From Acidobacteriota bacterium (GTDB taxonomy: Bacteria; Acidobacteriota; Thermoanaerobaculia; Multivoradales; Multivoraceae): a DNA stretch of 64,000 nt. Shown here piece after piece: positions 63,121 through 64,000 of this stretch. The notes under the pieces were generated by a model. It made no database searches and was not told the DNA's origin. It worked only from the letters and a program-made list of their open reading frames with translations. The first letter of the stretch is position 1. Each line of letters opens with the position of its first letter. The position numbers were made by a program, and so were the translations under genes. The stretch lies in assembly GCA_039026915.1 (NCBI GenBank), contig JBCCLJ010000005.1, positions 9,654 through 73,653 of the forward strand, read 5' to 3'.

Positions 63121-63136
63121 CATAACATATGTTATG
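63121..63136. promoter_or_regulatory. 16-bp perfect palindrome, candidate TetR operator
   Basis: CATAACATATGTTATG lies in the 62-bp divergent intergenic region. It overlaps the TetR start codon (ATG 63134-63136) and is the most AT-rich spot of the region. Confidence 0.55.
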
Positions 63137-63724
63137 GACGTCGTTTCGAAGCCTGACCGACGAAAACGCGCCGCGCGGGGTGATTCGCTGCCGTCGGAGG
63201 CGCCGAGCGAGCGCGTCTGGATCGAGGGAGGTCTCGAGCTGTTGCGAGACGGTGGGCACTCCGCCGTCAAGCTCCATGCGCTGGCGACGCACGTTGGCCT
63301 GACGACCGGTAGCTTCTACCACCACTTCGGCGGCATGGCCGACTATCTCGAGCGTCTGGCTCAGGCTTTCGGTGACGACGAGCTCTTGGCGGTGCTGCGA
63401 AGGTCTCAGCACGACGATCCGCAAGAACAGCTGGAGCGTTATTGGCGCCTTCACCGCGAGCTTCGCGGTGACGAGCTGGCCTCGGCAATGTACGCGTGGG
63501 CGCGAAGCTACGCCCCGGCGGCTCGGTCCGTCGCCGTCGCGGAGGAGCGCGTCGCTGCCTTCCTGGCAGAGACGTTCCAGAGGCTCGGTAGCGACCGGTT
63601 GACCGCTCGTGCGCAGGCCGCGCTGCTGCTTTCGGCAGGGGCGGCCCGCGGGGCCGGCAGTGTTGCGCTCGCCGATCAGAGACTGCGTCAGCGCATGGTG
63701 GAGATCGTCGTCGCGGCGCGCTGA
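63134..63724 (+). CDS. TetR/AcrR family transcriptional regulator
   Basis: N-terminal HTH RVWIEGGLELLRDGGHSAVKLHALATHVGLTTGSFYHHFGGMADYLERLA. 196 aa. Divergent from the VOC gene. Confidence 0.85.
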   Translation: MDVVSKPDRRKRAARGDSLPSEAPSERVWIEGGLELLRDGGHSAVKLHALATHVGLTTGSFYHHFGGMADYLERLAQAFGDDELLAVLRRSQHDDPQEQLERYWRLHRELRGDELASAMYAWARSYAPAARSVAVAEERVAAFLAETFQRLGSDRLTARAQAALLLSAGAARGAGSVALADQRLRQRMVEIVVAAR

Positions 63725-63792
63725 GTGAGCCCGGCGCTTGCCAGCCGTCGAGGGACTGCTAGGGTTTCGGAACCTGCCTCGCCGAGCGCTCC

Positions 63793-64000
63793 GTGACAGA
63801 AGCTTCCTCACAGACCCTTCGGGGTCGCAAGATCCTCGTGACCGGCTCGACGCGCGGCATCGGCCAGGCGATCGCGGTTACAGCTGCCGAGCAAGGCGCG
63901 ACCGTCGGCGTGCACGGTCGACGAGATCTCGACGTCCAGAGAGCGGCACGAGAGATCGCCGCCGCGGGCGGCAGGGCCTTGCCTTTCGTTGCCGACTTCA
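63793..64000 (+). CDS. short-chain dehydrogenase/reductase (SDR), 5' part (runs off window)
   Basis: GTG 63793, then RKILVTGSTRGIGQAIAVTAAEQGATVGVHGRR (TGxxxGIG Rossmann motif). Open to the window end. Confidence 0.7.
   Translation, partial: MTEASSQTLRGRKILVTGSTRGIGQAIAVTAAEQGATVGVHGRRDLDVQRAAREIAAAGGRALPFVADF

Noticed and set aside
1-64000. Search by eye for tRNA/rRNA genes, CRISPR arrays, IS elements, integrases, toxin-antitoxin pairs or known defence-system genes.
   Set aside because: I saw no T-loop/acceptor-like GGTTCGAATCC-type motifs in intergenic DNA. I saw no regularly spaced direct repeats and no transposase, recombinase, nuclease or ATPase-like ORFs. All intergenic gaps are under 400 bp. 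A covariance-model scan would be needed to exclude small ncRNAs.

Overview
GC-rich, densely coding bacterial chromosomal segment; G/C dominates third codon positions by eye (not computed). I call about 45 protein genes. I found no rRNA, tRNA, CRISPR array, transposase, integrase or phage genes. Many long antisense and out-of-frame ORFs in the track are high-GC shadow ORFs. Gene content, in order: DUF1592/1588 + DUF1552 pair with a coupled secreted ankyrin protein; CBM9/DUF5916 outer-membrane-type protein + pentaheme cytochrome c; type II glutamine synthetase with a near-consensus sigma54 promoter; DUF3325/DUF3649/PepSY trio; DUF3179; a heme-c domain fused to a PHM/DBH-like copper monooxygenase fold; M1 aminopeptidase; SLC13 transporter-S9 peptidase-DUF885-CoA transferase operon with overlapping stop/start codons; ECF sigma + membrane Ser/Thr kinase-TPR + TPR protein; siderophore-interacting-protein-like reductase flanked by a paralogue remnant; several Asp-box (BNR) proteins; a 4167-aa surface protein next to a protein built from a tandemly duplicated Cys-containing domain; kynurenine-pathway genes; a TetR/VOC-dioxygenase pair. 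The most actionable observation is a TlpA/ResA-like thioredoxin-fold gene (54069..55214) whose redox-site codon is an in-frame TGA followed by a SECIS-like hairpin. It is probably a selenoprotein that the ORF track splits in two. I see no classical defence or mobile system. The candidate novel biology is the giant adhesin plus duplicated-domain neighbour, the heme-copper monooxygenase fusion and the OM-protein/multiheme pair, all resting on inference. Taxon cannot be assigned from this window; the repertoire looks like an environmental Gram-negative such as Acidobacteriota, Gemmatimonadota, Myxococcota or Planctomycetota (inference only).
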